DNA from: Acidobacteriota bacterium
GTDB lineage: Bacteria > Acidobacteriota > Thermoanaerobaculia > UBA5066 > Gp7-AA6
Direction: 5' to 3'
DNA: 64,000 nt
NCBI GenBank assembly: GCA_046728075.1
Contig: JBKPDV010000032.1
Span: forward strand, 3,790 to 67,789
This document shows positions 27,590 through 37,108 of the stretch, piece after piece; positions within the stretch are counted from its first letter, which is position 1; every line of letters starts with the position of its first letter. A program made the translations under genes and the position numbers. The notes under the pieces were generated by a model. It was not told the DNA's origin. It saw nothing but the letters and a program-made list of their open reading frames with translations, and did not search any database.

Positions 27590-28738
27590 ATGAGAGTCTT
27601 CTTGCGGACATCGATTCCGGCTTTCGTCCTTCTGCTGGGAGCTTCCGTCACCGCGTTCGCGGCGCAGGGCCTCACGTTTCCGCCGAGCGGCGACAATCCC
27701 CGGTCCACGGTCACTCAGGCGATTGGACCCGTCAAGGTCACGATCGACTACTCCAGCCCCCGGGTCGTCCGCGGTCCCAACGACCGCCGCGGAAAGATCT
27801 GGGGCGAACTGGTTCCCTGGGGGATGTCCGATCTCGGCTTCAACGGCTGCTCGAGCTGCCCGTGGCGCGCCGGCGCGAACGAAAACACGACGTTCACCGT
27901 CACCAACGACGTCAAGGTGCAGGGACAGCCGCTGCCGGCCGGAACATACGGCCTTCACATGATCCCCGGCGAGAACGAGTGGACAGTCATCTTCTCCAAG
28001 AACGCCGAGTCCTGGGGCAGCTTCTGGTACGACCCCAAGCAGGACTTCTTGCGCGTCAAGACCAAGGCGGGCAAGAGCGACTACCACGAGTGGCTCACCT
28101 ACGAGTTCACCGAACGGGAGCCGGAGAAGGCCACGGTCGCTCTCGAGTGGGAAAACCTTCAGATTCCGATCTCCATCGCGGTCGAGAACGCGACGCAGCT
28201 GTGGGTGGACAACATGCGGCACGACCTGCAGGGATTCGCGGGATTTTCGTGGCAGAACTGGCAGCAGGCCGCCGCCTTCTGCGCCCAGAAGAAGACGAAC
28301 CTGCCCGAGGCCTTGAAGTGGGCCGAGAGGGCCGTTTCGGATCCGACCTGGTCGGGCGGTTCGGAGAATTTCGTGACGCTCTCGACGCTCTCACGTTTGC
28401 AGTCGATGAACGGCCGCGAACAGGAAGCTGCGAAAACGTTCGACAAGGCGATCAACCATCCCACAGCCACCGCGATTCAGATCCACCTCGCGGCGCGCCA
28501 GCTCATGACCGATGGAAAGAAGCAGGAAGCGTTCAAGCTCTTTCAGTTGAACGCCAAGAGGTACCCGAACCAGTGGCCGGTTCACGTCGGCCTGATGCGC
28601 GGCTACGCGGCGATGGGCGATAAGAAGAAGGCGCTGGAAGAGGCGAAGCTCGCTTTGCCGCAGGCGCCGGACGCGGGTAACAAGAAGAACCTCGAGGGCC
28701 TGATCAAGCAGCTCGAGGAAGGCAAAGAGATCAACTAA
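27590..28738 (+). CDS. Secreted protein with DUF2911-like N-domain and C-terminal TPR-like helical region
   Basis: It has a signal peptide (MRVFLRTSIPAFVLLLGASVTAFA), a GGAGG RBS, 382 aa, and a C-terminal KKALEEAKLAL helical repeat. Confidence 0.5.
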   Translation: MRVFLRTSIPAFVLLLGASVTAFAAQGLTFPPSGDNPRSTVTQAIGPVKVTIDYSSPRVVRGPNDRRGKIWGELVPWGMSDLGFNGCSSCPWRAGANENTTFTVTNDVKVQGQPLPAGTYGLHMIPGENEWTVIFSKNAESWGSFWYDPKQDFLRVKTKAGKSDYHEWLTYEFTEREPEKATVALEWENLQIPISIAVENATQLWVDNMRHDLQGFAGFSWQNWQQAAAFCAQKKTNLPEALKWAERAVSDPTWSGGSENFVTLSTLSRLQSMNGREQEAAKTFDKAINHPTATAIQIHLAARQLMTDGKKQEAFKLFQLNAKRYPNQWPVHVGLMRGYAAMGDKKKALEEAKLALPQAPDAGNKKNLEGLIKQLEEGKEIN

Positions 28739-28745
28739 CCAGAAG

Positions 28746-28840
28746 CCTCTGTCAACCCGAGCGAAGCGTGGTATCTGCTCCGGTCTCATGGACCTCTCGG
28801 GCAGATCCCTCATCGCTTCGCTTCTCGGGTGACACAGAGG
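28746..28840 (+). terminator. Long imperfect stem-loop downstream of the 27590 gene
   Basis: The left arm cctctgtcaacccgagcgaagcg (28746-28768) pairs with the right arm cgcttcgcttctcgggtgacacagagg (28814-28840). There is no U-tract, which is common in high-GC genomes. Confidence 0.35.
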
Positions 28841-28853
28841 ACAAAATCAGCTG

Positions 28854-30176
28854 ATGCCTGTCCTTTCTCTCTGGATTCTCCTGCTCGGCCTCCAGGCGCC
28901 GGACCCTGAGTCGGCGGCAAGGACCAACGCTTCACTGATCAAGGAGGCCCGGGAGGCCCACAACCGCGGCGAGAAGGAAACCTTCCTCGCCCTCTACGAG
29001 GAGCTCGCGCGACGCCGCCCCGGAGAGATTTTCACTCTCTACAACCTCGCCTGCGGCCAGGCCTTGAACGGCCAGACCGAAGCGGCGCTTTCGGCCCTCG
29101 ATCAGATCCTGACTCTCCGGGTGGCGACCAATCTCGACCTCGACAAGGACTTCGAATCGATTCGCGCGACGAAGGGGTACCGGAGCGTGCTCGACCGTAT
29201 GAACGCGTTTCGCAAGGAACGGGTCTCCTCAGGCGCGACGCGGGCGTTCGCGATTCCCGAAAAAGGATTCATTGCCGAAGGCGTCGCCTATGACCCCGTG
29301 ACCAGGGCTTTCTTCGTGTCGAGCATTCGGCACCGAAAAATCGTCCGGATCGATCGCAGCGGGAAGATCACCGACTTCGTCACCGCCGGACGCGACGGCC
29401 TTCGGAGCGCCCTCGGAATGTGCATCGATCCGAAGCGGCGCACGCTCTGGGTCGCGAGCCAGGCGATCCCGTCGATGGATGGCTATCAAAAGGATCAGCC
29501 CCTGGCCGCGGCCGTCTTCGAGTACGACGTCGACTCCGGGCGCCTGCGCAAGGAGCACGTTCCTCAGGCGGAGGGCGAGCCCGCTGGCTTCGACGATCTC
29601 ACGGTCGCGCCCGACGGAACCGTCTTCGTCAACGACGCCGCAAGTCCGCGCATCTGGAAGATTTCCCCCGGCGGTTCGCTCGAGGTCTTTCTCGTCTCGG
29701 ACGTGATGGGCGGCACGCAGGGGCTGGCTGTCTCGGGCGACGGAAAGAACCTCTACGCCTCCGATTACCGCGGCCTCTTCGCCGTCGACATCGCGAGCAA
29801 ACGCGTGACTCCGATTCTGGTGCCGCCGGACCTCGCATTGACCGGAATCGACGGTCTCGTCCTGACCGGCAGAAGCCTGATCGCGATCCAGAACGGGATC
29901 ATTCCGCACCGCGTCATCCGGCTCGACCTGGCGCCCGACGGCGTGGCGATCTCGAAGTCCCGTATCCTCGAGATGAATCATCCGGACTTCGATGAGCCGA
30001 CCCTGGGGACGGTCGTCGACGGCGTCCTCTACTTCTCCGCGGACAGCCAGGGCCAGAAGTTCCTGAACGAAAAGAAGCCGATCAGTCAGGAAAAAATGCG
30101 GGAGACCGTGATCCTGAAACTCTCTCTGTCGCCGGACCCGACTTTGAGTAAGCCCGGCGATCAGCCGCGAAAGTAG
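28854..30176 (+). CDS. TPR + SMP-30/gluconolactonase/LRE-like beta-propeller protein (secreted)
   Basis: It has a signal peptide, an N-terminal TPR-like helices block (LYNLACGQALNGQTEAALSALDQIL), and a C-terminal SMP-30/LRE-like propeller (GMCIDPKRRTLWVASQ, DLTVAPDGTVFVNDAASPRIWK, GLAVSGDGKNLYASD). Confidence 0.55.
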   Translation: MPVLSLWILLLGLQAPDPESAARTNASLIKEAREAHNRGEKETFLALYEELARRRPGEIFTLYNLACGQALNGQTEAALSALDQILTLRVATNLDLDKDFESIRATKGYRSVLDRMNAFRKERVSSGATRAFAIPEKGFIAEGVAYDPVTRAFFVSSIRHRKIVRIDRSGKITDFVTAGRDGLRSALGMCIDPKRRTLWVASQAIPSMDGYQKDQPLAAAVFEYDVDSGRLRKEHVPQAEGEPAGFDDLTVAPDGTVFVNDAASPRIWKISPGGSLEVFLVSDVMGGTQGLAVSGDGKNLYASDYRGLFAVDIASKRVTPILVPPDLALTGIDGLVLTGRSLIAIQNGIIPHRVIRLDLAPDGVAISKSRILEMNHPDFDEPTLGTVVDGVLYFSADSQGQKFLNEKKPISQEKMRETVILKLSLSPDPTLSKPGDQPRK

Positions 30177-30937
30177 CGACCCGGCGTCGTGCCGAGCTCC
30201 CGCTTGAACATGGCGACGAAAGCGCTCGGGCTGTCGTAACCCAGATCGAGCGCGACGCGTGTAACCGACCGGCCAGTGGCCAGGCCCCGCAGCGCGTGGA
30301 TCAGGCGAAGCCTCTGGCGCCAGCGTCCGAGTGTCAGGTGCGTTTCCGCCCGGAAGAGCCGTTCGAGCGTCCGACGGCTGGTGCCCACGTCCCGGGCGAA
30401 GGCCGTGAGCTTGCGCACCACTCCCGGATGACGTTCGAGCAGCCCGGCGACAGTGCGGGCGCGAGGGTCCCGCGGCATCGGCAGCTGGAGCGGAACCGCC
30501 GGCAGCGCTTCTAATTGATCGAGCAGGATGCGCGCAAGGCGCGCCTCATTCGGCACCCTCCGGTGCAAGAGACCGAGCCGGATTGTGTGAAGGATAAGCT
30601 CGCGCAGAAGCGGCGGAACGTTGACGGCGCGGCACTCCGTGGGCAGCTTGTGCGAGAGTTCCGCGGCGAAATACAACGACCGCACTGTCACTCGCCCCGA
30701 CATCTCTTCCCAGTGCTCCACTCCGGCCGGAACCCAGACCGCGCGGTCGGGCGGCACGACCCAGGTGCCTTGCGACGTGTGGACGCTCATCACGCCGTCC
30801 GAGGCGTAGACGAGTTGATTCCAGTCGTGACTGTGCGGAGGGATCGACGCGCCCGGCGAGTGCGTCGTGGCCCAGGTTCGCACGATGAGGCCGTCGGCGT
30901 CCGGTTGCCGCGAGCGCGATTGTCGTTTTCTCGACAT
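30161..30937 (-). CDS. AraC family transcriptional regulator with N-terminal cupin domain
   Basis: Cupin 'HSHDWNQLVYASDGVMSVH...VWVPAGVEH' is followed by a C-terminal AraC HTH (TVAGLLERHPGV...VALDLGYDSPSAFVAMFKRELGTTPGRY). The start is at MSRKRQSRS (30937). Confidence 0.75.
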   Translation of the reverse strand: MSRKRQSRSRQPDADGLIVRTWATTHSPGASIPPHSHDWNQLVYASDGVMSVHTSQGTWVVPPDRAVWVPAGVEHWEEMSGRVTVRSLYFAAELSHKLPTECRAVNVPPLLRELILHTIRLGLLHRRVPNEARLARILLDQLEALPAVPLQLPMPRDPRARTVAGLLERHPGVVRKLTAFARDVGTSRRTLERLFRAETHLTLGRWRQRLRLIHALRGLATGRSVTRVALDLGYDSPSAFVAMFKRELGTTPGRYFRG

Positions 30938-31020
30938 AGATTGGCAATCTATCGCAAAGCTGCCGAGGGGTTGACCGGCTACGATCCTACCCGGACGCGC
31001 ACGCACCGGGAGGAAAGACG

Positions 31021-31404
31021 ATGTCAAACAACATTCAGCATTTCGCGATCAACGCCGATGATCTCGGCCGGGCGCGCCGCTTCTACGAGAAGGTCTTTTC
31101 CTGGAAGTTCAGCCCCTGGGGCCCGCCGGACTTCTTCCTGATCGACACGGGCGACGAGAAGGATCCCGGAGTGAAGGGCGCGCTCCAGAAACGGCGGGAG
31201 CTCGTGCCGGGCACAAAGATGATCGGCTACGAATGCTCGATCTCCGTTACCAACGTCGACAAGGTGGCCGCCGCGGTCAAGGCGAACGGCGGAAAGATCC
31301 TCATGGAGAGAACGACGATCCGGACGGTCGGCCACCTGATCTTCTTCGAAGACCCGGAGGGCAACGTCGCCGGAGCGATGCAGTACGACCCGAATGCGGA
31401 GTGA
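31021..31404 (+). CDS. VOC/glyoxalase family protein
   Basis: 127 aa. It has HFAINADDLGRARRFYEKVF and a GHLIFFEDPEGNV betaalphabetabetabeta module. Confidence 0.7.
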   Translation: MSNNIQHFAINADDLGRARRFYEKVFSWKFSPWGPPDFFLIDTGDEKDPGVKGALQKRRELVPGTKMIGYECSISVTNVDKVAAAVKANGGKILMERTTIRTVGHLIFFEDPEGNVAGAMQYDPNAE

Positions 31405-31434
31405 CCGCGCACCAAAGAGAAGACGGAGATCACT

Positions 31435-31812
31435 ATGCTCAATTCATTCAAGCTGATCGCATTTCTTCCCACGACGGATTACAAGCGAGCGCGAAGCTTC
31501 TACGAGGGGCTCCTCGGCCTCGAGTACGTCAGTGAGGATCAGTTCGCCCTGGTTTTGAGGTCCGGAGGAAACATGATCCGTGTCGGAAAATTCGAGTCGC
31601 TTACCCCGGCCAAGAACACGATCCTGGGATGGGAGGTCTCCGAAATCGAGAAAGTCGTCGCTGCTCTCCAATCGAAGGGAGTCGCGTTCGAAAAGTATCC
31701 CTGGGTCGAAGATCCCCTCGGGCTCGGAATCTGGACCGCACCCAACGGCGACAAGGTGGCCTGGTTCAAGGACCCGGACGGGAACATCCTTTCCGTCTCC
31801 GAGCACAATTAG
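31435..31812 (+). CDS. VOC/glyoxalase family protein
   Basis: 125 aa. It has ARSFYEGLLGL and a KDPDGNILSV glyoxalase-fold signature. Confidence 0.7.
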   Translation: MLNSFKLIAFLPTTDYKRARSFYEGLLGLEYVSEDQFALVLRSGGNMIRVGKFESLTPAKNTILGWEVSEIEKVVAALQSKGVAFEKYPWVEDPLGLGIWTAPNGDKVAWFKDPDGNILSVSEHN

Positions 31813-31832
31813 CGGTCTGGCATCTTACGAAA

Positions 31833-34406
31833 TCACTTCAGCCCGTCGGCCACGAAGAGGTCGCCGAGCACGCGGCGGTAGGAGTACGCGTAGGATTTTC
31901 CGTCGGGAGTGATCATGATCGGCCAGACTCCGAGGATGCCGGCCGGATCGGGCGGCAGGATTTCTTTCCAGGGAGCTCGCTTTCCCGTCACGACGTCGAT
32001 TGTGGAGATCCGAGCCGGCATCTCCGACGGCTTCCAGCAATAGAGCGAGCGGCTGTCCGGTGTCCAGCGAATCGGAGACTCGTCGGGCTCGAAGCCGGGA
32101 ATCGGCCTGGGCTCTCCGGGCTCGACGGAATAGATCGCGATACGGCGGTCCGGACCCGTCGCGGCGATGGAGCGCCCGTCGGGTGAAATCGGGAAGTAGC
32201 CGAAGGCCGTCACGCCCTCCGGGCTGATGGCGCGGGGCTTTCCACCGGAGACTTCCTGGACGAAGAGGCGCGGCCCTCTACCCGGCTCGTTCGCCGTCGC
32301 CAGAAGCCGACGGCCATCGGGAAAGAATCTTGCCCACAGATAGTTCAGGCCCGGCTTGCCGAGCGGACGGGGAGTGGATGGACCGGTTGGCAAAAGGATC
32401 AGCTCGTCGCTCTTGGGGAAGGACGTCGTCACAGCCCAGCGGCCATCGTGAGAGAGATCGTAGGAGGCTCCCTCACCCAAAAGGGCCGGCGGCGAGCCAT
32501 CGCTCGGGCGCAGATAAATCGGGTAGCCTTTGGAGCCTGCGATCGCGCCCTGCTCGTCGAAGAGAATCTGTTTCCCATCGTCCGAGAGTCCCGTAGGAAA
32601 GGACCAATCGAGCCATGTCAGATTGCGTTCGCGGGCCATCCCCGCGACGACTGCTACGATCTCTCGGCGTTGGGCACGACGGTCGAACAACATCCGGCCG
32701 TCCCGCGAGACGTCCATGAGCGCCCACGCGCCGGGAAAGTTCGCGGTTCGACGCTCCTGCCCCGAGAGCGTGACGGTGCGCAAGACATTGCCCCAGTTGG
32801 ACCAGATTTCGTTCCCCTTGGGAGACCAGGCGAGCGAGATCGTCGGAGTCAGATCCGTGAGAGTCTTTTTCCGGCCGTCAAGCTCGACAACAGAAATTCT
32901 GCCGAGGCTGTCGCCTCGCGATGGGTGGTCGATGAATGCGATCCGGCGGCCGTCCGGTGAAACGCGGGCATTGCTGATCCAGCCCCCGGTTTCGTAGAGC
33001 ACCTTGCCGATCGGAAACTCGAGCCGCCGCCTGTCGCCGAACTCGCGCACCACGGCGAGCTCTTTGCCGTCCGGGGACCAGTCGGCATCCTGGACGTCTT
33101 CGAGCAACTGGCGAGGAGCGCCGCCGGCGAGCGGGACTCGCGCGAGCGTTCCCCGCATCTCCCAGCCGATGACGTATCGAGGGTTTTCCAGGATCGCGAG
33201 CTCGCCCGCCGAGGAGACCCCGAGCAGGTTGGATGGAGGAAGACCGAGCGAGCGGGACTCGGGACTCCCGGGCCGAGCGGTGAAGATCTCGGAAGGATTT
33301 CCCTCCCACGCCGCGCCATAGGCAATCGACTGGCCGTCTGGTGTGAATCGCGCGTTCAAGATCATCCCTCGGCGAAACGTGAGTCGCTGAAAGGTCGGAT
33401 TCGCCGCCCCGGATCGACCGAGGAATCTTCCGGCGAGGAAACCGGCCGCGAGCAGAGCCGCCCCCGCGAGAACTCCTGCCAGAAGAGTTCGCCGGCGCCG
33501 TCCTGCCAAGACCTGTGCTTGGACTGGCTCCGAAATCGAGGTTTCGGAGAGGTGCTCGCGGATGTTGCGCAGATCCCGCGCCAGATCCCGCGTTGAGGCG
33601 TACCGCTCCTCGGGATCCTTGGCCAGACATCGTTCCACGATCCAGCGCAGGGGCGCCGGCGCCCTCGGGTTCACGCGCTCGACGGGCTCCGGCTCCTCGC
33701 GGATGATCGCCGAGAGCGTCTCGACACCGGTCGCCTTCTGAAAGGGGCGCTTGCCAGTCGCCATTTCATAGAGGATCGAACCAAAAGAGAACTGGTCCGA
33801 ATGGAAGTCGACGGGACTGCCGCTCGCCTGCTCCGGCGACATGTAGCCGACGGTCCCCATCACGGTGCCGGGAGCGGTCGGCGAGGCGACGGCCGTCGGG
33901 AGCGCCGAATTCTGCTCGGGAAGAGTCTCTGTCAGCTTGGCCAGACCGAAGTCGAGAATCTTGACGAATCCGTCCTGCGAGATCATCACGTTCTCGGGCT
34001 TCAAATCGCGGTGAACGATTCCGGCGGAATGAGCCTTGGCGAGCCCTTCGGCAATGCCCACGGCGACATCCAGGAGCTTTCGGATCGCGAGAGGCTCGGC
34101 CGCGATGAGCTCGCGCAATGTCCGGCCTTCCACGTGTTCCATTGCGAGATACGTGGTCTCGTCCGCGGAACCGACGTCGTAAACCGTGATGATGTTGGGA
34201 TGGTTCAACGCCGATGCGGCGCGCGCCTCCTGCTCGAAACGCTGCCGGCGGGAGGCGTCCGAGGAGATGGCCGCGGGAAGTACCTTCAGAGCGACTTCCC
34301 GCCCGAGCCGAGTGTCCCGCGCCCGCCATACCTCTCCCATTCCTCCCGCCCCGAGAGGAGAGAGGATCTCGTAGGGCCCGAGGCGACTTCCTGCGGCAAT
34401 CGGCAT
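31833..34406 (-). CDS. Ser/Thr protein kinase with TolB/PD40-like beta-propeller (subfamily B)
   Basis: The start is at MPIAAGSRLGPYEILSPLGAGGMGEVWRARD (ATG 34406). It carries HRDLKPENV, DFGLAKLTE, a TM helix and PD40 blades. The track ORF to 35786 is an antisense-of-xylG artefact. Confidence 0.9.
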   Translation of the reverse strand: MPIAAGSRLGPYEILSPLGAGGMGEVWRARDTRLGREVALKVLPAAISSDASRRQRFEQEARAASALNHPNIITVYDVGSADETTYLAMEHVEGRTLRELIAAEPLAIRKLLDVAVGIAEGLAKAHSAGIVHRDLKPENVMISQDGFVKILDFGLAKLTETLPEQNSALPTAVASPTAPGTVMGTVGYMSPEQASGSPVDFHSDQFSFGSILYEMATGKRPFQKATGVETLSAIIREEPEPVERVNPRAPAPLRWIVERCLAKDPEERYASTRDLARDLRNIREHLSETSISEPVQAQVLAGRRRRTLLAGVLAGAALLAAGFLAGRFLGRSGAANPTFQRLTFRRGMILNARFTPDGQSIAYGAAWEGNPSEIFTARPGSPESRSLGLPPSNLLGVSSAGELAILENPRYVIGWEMRGTLARVPLAGGAPRQLLEDVQDADWSPDGKELAVVREFGDRRRLEFPIGKVLYETGGWISNARVSPDGRRIAFIDHPSRGDSLGRISVVELDGRKKTLTDLTPTISLAWSPKGNEIWSNWGNVLRTVTLSGQERRTANFPGAWALMDVSRDGRMLFDRRAQRREIVAVVAGMARERNLTWLDWSFPTGLSDDGKQILFDEQGAIAGSKGYPIYLRPSDGSPPALLGEGASYDLSHDGRWAVTTSFPKSDELILLPTGPSTPRPLGKPGLNYLWARFFPDGRRLLATANEPGRGPRLFVQEVSGGKPRAISPEGVTAFGYFPISPDGRSIAATGPDRRIAIYSVEPGEPRPIPGFEPDESPIRWTPDSRSLYCWKPSEMPARISTIDVVTGKRAPWKEILPPDPAGILGVWPIMITPDGKSYAYSYRRVLGDLFVADGLK

Positions 34407-34451
34407 GGCGTCGATCCGACGGAATCTCTCGAAAGGATATAACCGCCGACA

Positions 34452-35969
34452 GTGCCTCTTCTGAAGCTCGATTCGATCACCAAGGACTTCCCGGGCGTTC
34501 GCGCGCTCGACCGGGTTTCGCTGGATCTCGAGAAGGGGGAAGTCCACGCGCTCGTGGGCGAGAACGGCGCCGGCAAGAGCACGCTGATCAAGATCCTCTC
34601 CGGCTTCTATCCGTACGGTTCTTATGGCGGTGAGATCCTCCTGCGTGACGCCCCCGCGCGTTTTCCGGAAATGCGCGCCGCGGAGCGCGAGGGAATCGCG
34701 GTGATCGCGCAAGAGCTCGCGCTTGTGCCTGAAATGACCGTGGCGGAAAACCTGATGCTCGGGCGCGAGCCGACCACTCGTGGGCTGATTCGTTGGGAAC
34801 GCTTGCGCTCGGCCTCGCGTGAAGCGCTCGCTCGAGTCGGCTCGGACCTCGATTGCGATATTCCTGTTCGAGCTCTCGGCGTCGGGCAGCAGCAGATCGT
34901 CGAGATCGCCAAGGCGCTCGACAAGCAATCGGAGATCCTGATTCTGGACGAACCGACCGCCGCTCTCCCCGAGTCGGACACGCGCAGGCTGCTCGACCTC
35001 GTGCGGGACCTTCGCAGCCGCGGAGTGGCTTCGATCTACGTGAGCCACCGCCTCGAGGAAGTCTTCGCGATCGCGGATCGGATCTCGGTCCTGCGCGATG
35101 GCCGCTCCGTCGCAACCGCGCCGGTGCGCGACTGGACACCGGGACGCGTGATCGCGGCCATGGTCGGACGCGAGCTCGAAGCGCTTTCGGCCAGGCCGTC
35201 CTTTTCGCCGGGTGACGTCGCTCTGTCGATCGAAGGGTGGCAGGTGGAAGACCCGGTCAATCCCGGACGTCTCGTGTTGGACGGAATCTCTCTGACAGTC
35301 CGCGCGGGTGAGATCGTCGGAGTCGCCGGCTTGATGGGCTCGGGGCGAAGCGCGTTGGTCAGCTCTCTCTTCGGCCTCGCGCGCGGCCGCGTCGGCGGAG
35401 AACTCAGGATTCGTGGCCGGACGCAAGAGGCTCCCTTTCGTCACCCCGCCGAAGCGATCCGAGCGGGTCTCGCGCTCGTCTCGGAGGATCGCACGCGGTC
35501 CGGCCTCGTGCCCGAGGCTTCTGTCCTGGAGAACATGACGCTTCCGACTCTCGATCGCTTCCGTCGCAGTGGATTCCTGGACGACGCGGCGCGAGCGCGT
35601 TCCGCGCGGGAGCAGATCGAGACGCTCGCGATCAAGACTCCTTCTGCCGCGGCTCGCGTCAGTCAGCTCTCTGGAGGAACCCAGCAGAAGGTTGTCCTCG
35701 GCAAGTGGCTGCTCGCCAAACCGCGCATCCTGCTCCTGGACGAACCGACCCGGGGAATCGATGTGGGCACGAAGGCGGAGATCCACCGGCTCGTCGGGCG
35801 TCTCGCCTCGGAAGGAGTCGCGATCCTTCTCGTTTCATCCGATCTGCCCGAGCTGTTGAGCCTTTCGCACCGTGTGGTTGTGCTCTGCCAGGGACGGCCC
35901 GCCGCGAGCCTCTCCTCGGCCGACGCGACGCCGGAGGCCGTGATGTCGGCGGCGACTGGAGGTCTGTGA
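34452..35969 (+). CDS. xylG: Xylose ABC transporter ATP-binding protein (two ABC domains)
   Basis: It starts with GTG. It has GENGAGKST Walker A, LGVGQQQIVEIAKAL, a second Walker A 'GLMGSGRS', and LSGGTQQKVVLGKWL. It shows strong colinear similarity to E. coli XylG (GIYPHGSYEGEI vs GFYPYGSYGGEI). Confidence 0.85.
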   Translation: MPLLKLDSITKDFPGVRALDRVSLDLEKGEVHALVGENGAGKSTLIKILSGFYPYGSYGGEILLRDAPARFPEMRAAEREGIAVIAQELALVPEMTVAENLMLGREPTTRGLIRWERLRSASREALARVGSDLDCDIPVRALGVGQQQIVEIAKALDKQSEILILDEPTAALPESDTRRLLDLVRDLRSRGVASIYVSHRLEEVFAIADRISVLRDGRSVATAPVRDWTPGRVIAAMVGRELEALSARPSFSPGDVALSIEGWQVEDPVNPGRLVLDGISLTVRAGEIVGVAGLMGSGRSALVSSLFGLARGRVGGELRIRGRTQEAPFRHPAEAIRAGLALVSEDRTRSGLVPEASVLENMTLPTLDRFRRSGFLDDAARARSAREQIETLAIKTPSAAARVSQLSGGTQQKVVLGKWLLAKPRILLLDEPTRGIDVGTKAEIHRLVGRLASEGVAILLVSSDLPELLSLSHRVVVLCQGRPAASLSSADATPEAVMSAATGGL

Positions 35970-37063
35970 GCACGACTCGACGAACGAGGCTGCCGGCGTG
36001 GCGCGCGCTGACCCTCGTCGCGGCGCTCGCCGTGATCTGGATCGTGTTCTTCGCGGCGACCCACGGAACCTTCGCGAGCCCTCGTAACCTCGCCCTCCTC
36101 GCCCGCCAGATGTCGGTGACTTCTCTTCTGGCCGTCGGGATGGTGCTCGTGATCGTGACCCGCGAAATCGACCTTTCGGTGGGAGCGATGGCGGGACTCC
36201 TCGGAGGCATCGCTGCGATCGCGTTCGAGAAAGCGGGGTGGCCGCTGGGGCTCGCCTTTCTCGGCGCTGTGTCTCTTGGAGCTCTTCTCGGTTTTCTCCA
36301 GGGCTCGCTCGTGGCCTGGCTGCGGGTTCCTTCGTTCATCGTGACGCTGGGCGGGATGCTCCTGTTCCAGGGGGCTCTGCTCGGAGCGACGGGCGGGATC
36401 TCCATCTCTCCGGGCCGGCCCTTTCTTTTCATCGGCCAGGCCTACGTCCCTCGGCCGTTCGGCTGGGCCATTGCGGCGCTCTTCACCGCCGGGTTGCTCG
36501 CCGCAGCCGCTCGAGGGAGCGGCTCGACTCGCTGGAAGTGGCTCGGCCTCGCTGTCCTACCGATTCTCTTCACAACAGTCATGAACGCCTACGAGGGCAT
36601 TCCACTGCCGGTCCTGCTCGTCCTGCTGGTCGCCTCAGCGCTTTGGATTGTGACGCGGCACACTCCGTTCGGCAGGCGGCTCTATGCGATCGGCGGCAAC
36701 CGCGAAGCGGCTCTCTACTCCGGAGTCCGGATCGAGCGTCACGTGGCCGGCGTCTTTCTTTTGATGGGGCTACTCAGCGGAGCGGCTGGCATCGTACTGA
36801 CAGCGAGAGTCGGCTCGGCAACCTCCGACGCGGGCCGCTTGATGGAGCTCGACGCGATCGCGGCAGCGGTCATCGGCGGGACTTCGCTCCTGGGCGGACG
36901 CGGCACCGTCTGGGGCGCGCTCCTTGGCGCCTTGATCATGGCGTCTCTGGATAACGGGATGAGCCTCTTGAACACTGAGCCGTTCTGGCAGCCGATCCTG
37001 AAGGGAACGATCCTCGTCGCCGCCGTCGCCGCTGATATGGCCAGTCGCCGGGAGCAGGCGTGA
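35966..37063 (+). CDS. xylH: Xylose ABC transporter permease
   Basis: The GTG start overlaps the xylG stop (GTGA). The RbsC/XylH signature is 'FGRRLYAIGGNREAALYSGVRIER ... ELDAIAAAVIGGTSLLGG'. The upstream 88 codons of the track ORF are antisense junk. Confidence 0.8.
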   Translation: MSTTRRTRLPAWRALTLVAALAVIWIVFFAATHGTFASPRNLALLARQMSVTSLLAVGMVLVIVTREIDLSVGAMAGLLGGIAAIAFEKAGWPLGLAFLGAVSLGALLGFLQGSLVAWLRVPSFIVTLGGMLLFQGALLGATGGISISPGRPFLFIGQAYVPRPFGWAIAALFTAGLLAAAARGSGSTRWKWLGLAVLPILFTTVMNAYEGIPLPVLLVLLVASALWIVTRHTPFGRRLYAIGGNREAALYSGVRIERHVAGVFLLMGLLSGAAGIVLTARVGSATSDAGRLMELDAIAAAVIGGTSLLGGRGTVWGALLGALIMASLDNGMSLLNTEPFWQPILKGTILVAAVAADMASRREQA

Positions 37064-37108
37064 ACGGCTTGCTCGACCTCGGCGCGTGACGTAGGCTGCG
37101 CGCCGATC

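Noticed and set aside
31833-35786. 1317-aa ORF on the minus strand
   Set aside because: Only the 3' 858 codons (31833-34406) are a real kinase gene starting at MPIAAGSRLGPYEI. The upstream 460 codons are the antisense frame of xylG and are Arg/Asp-rich low-complexity junk.
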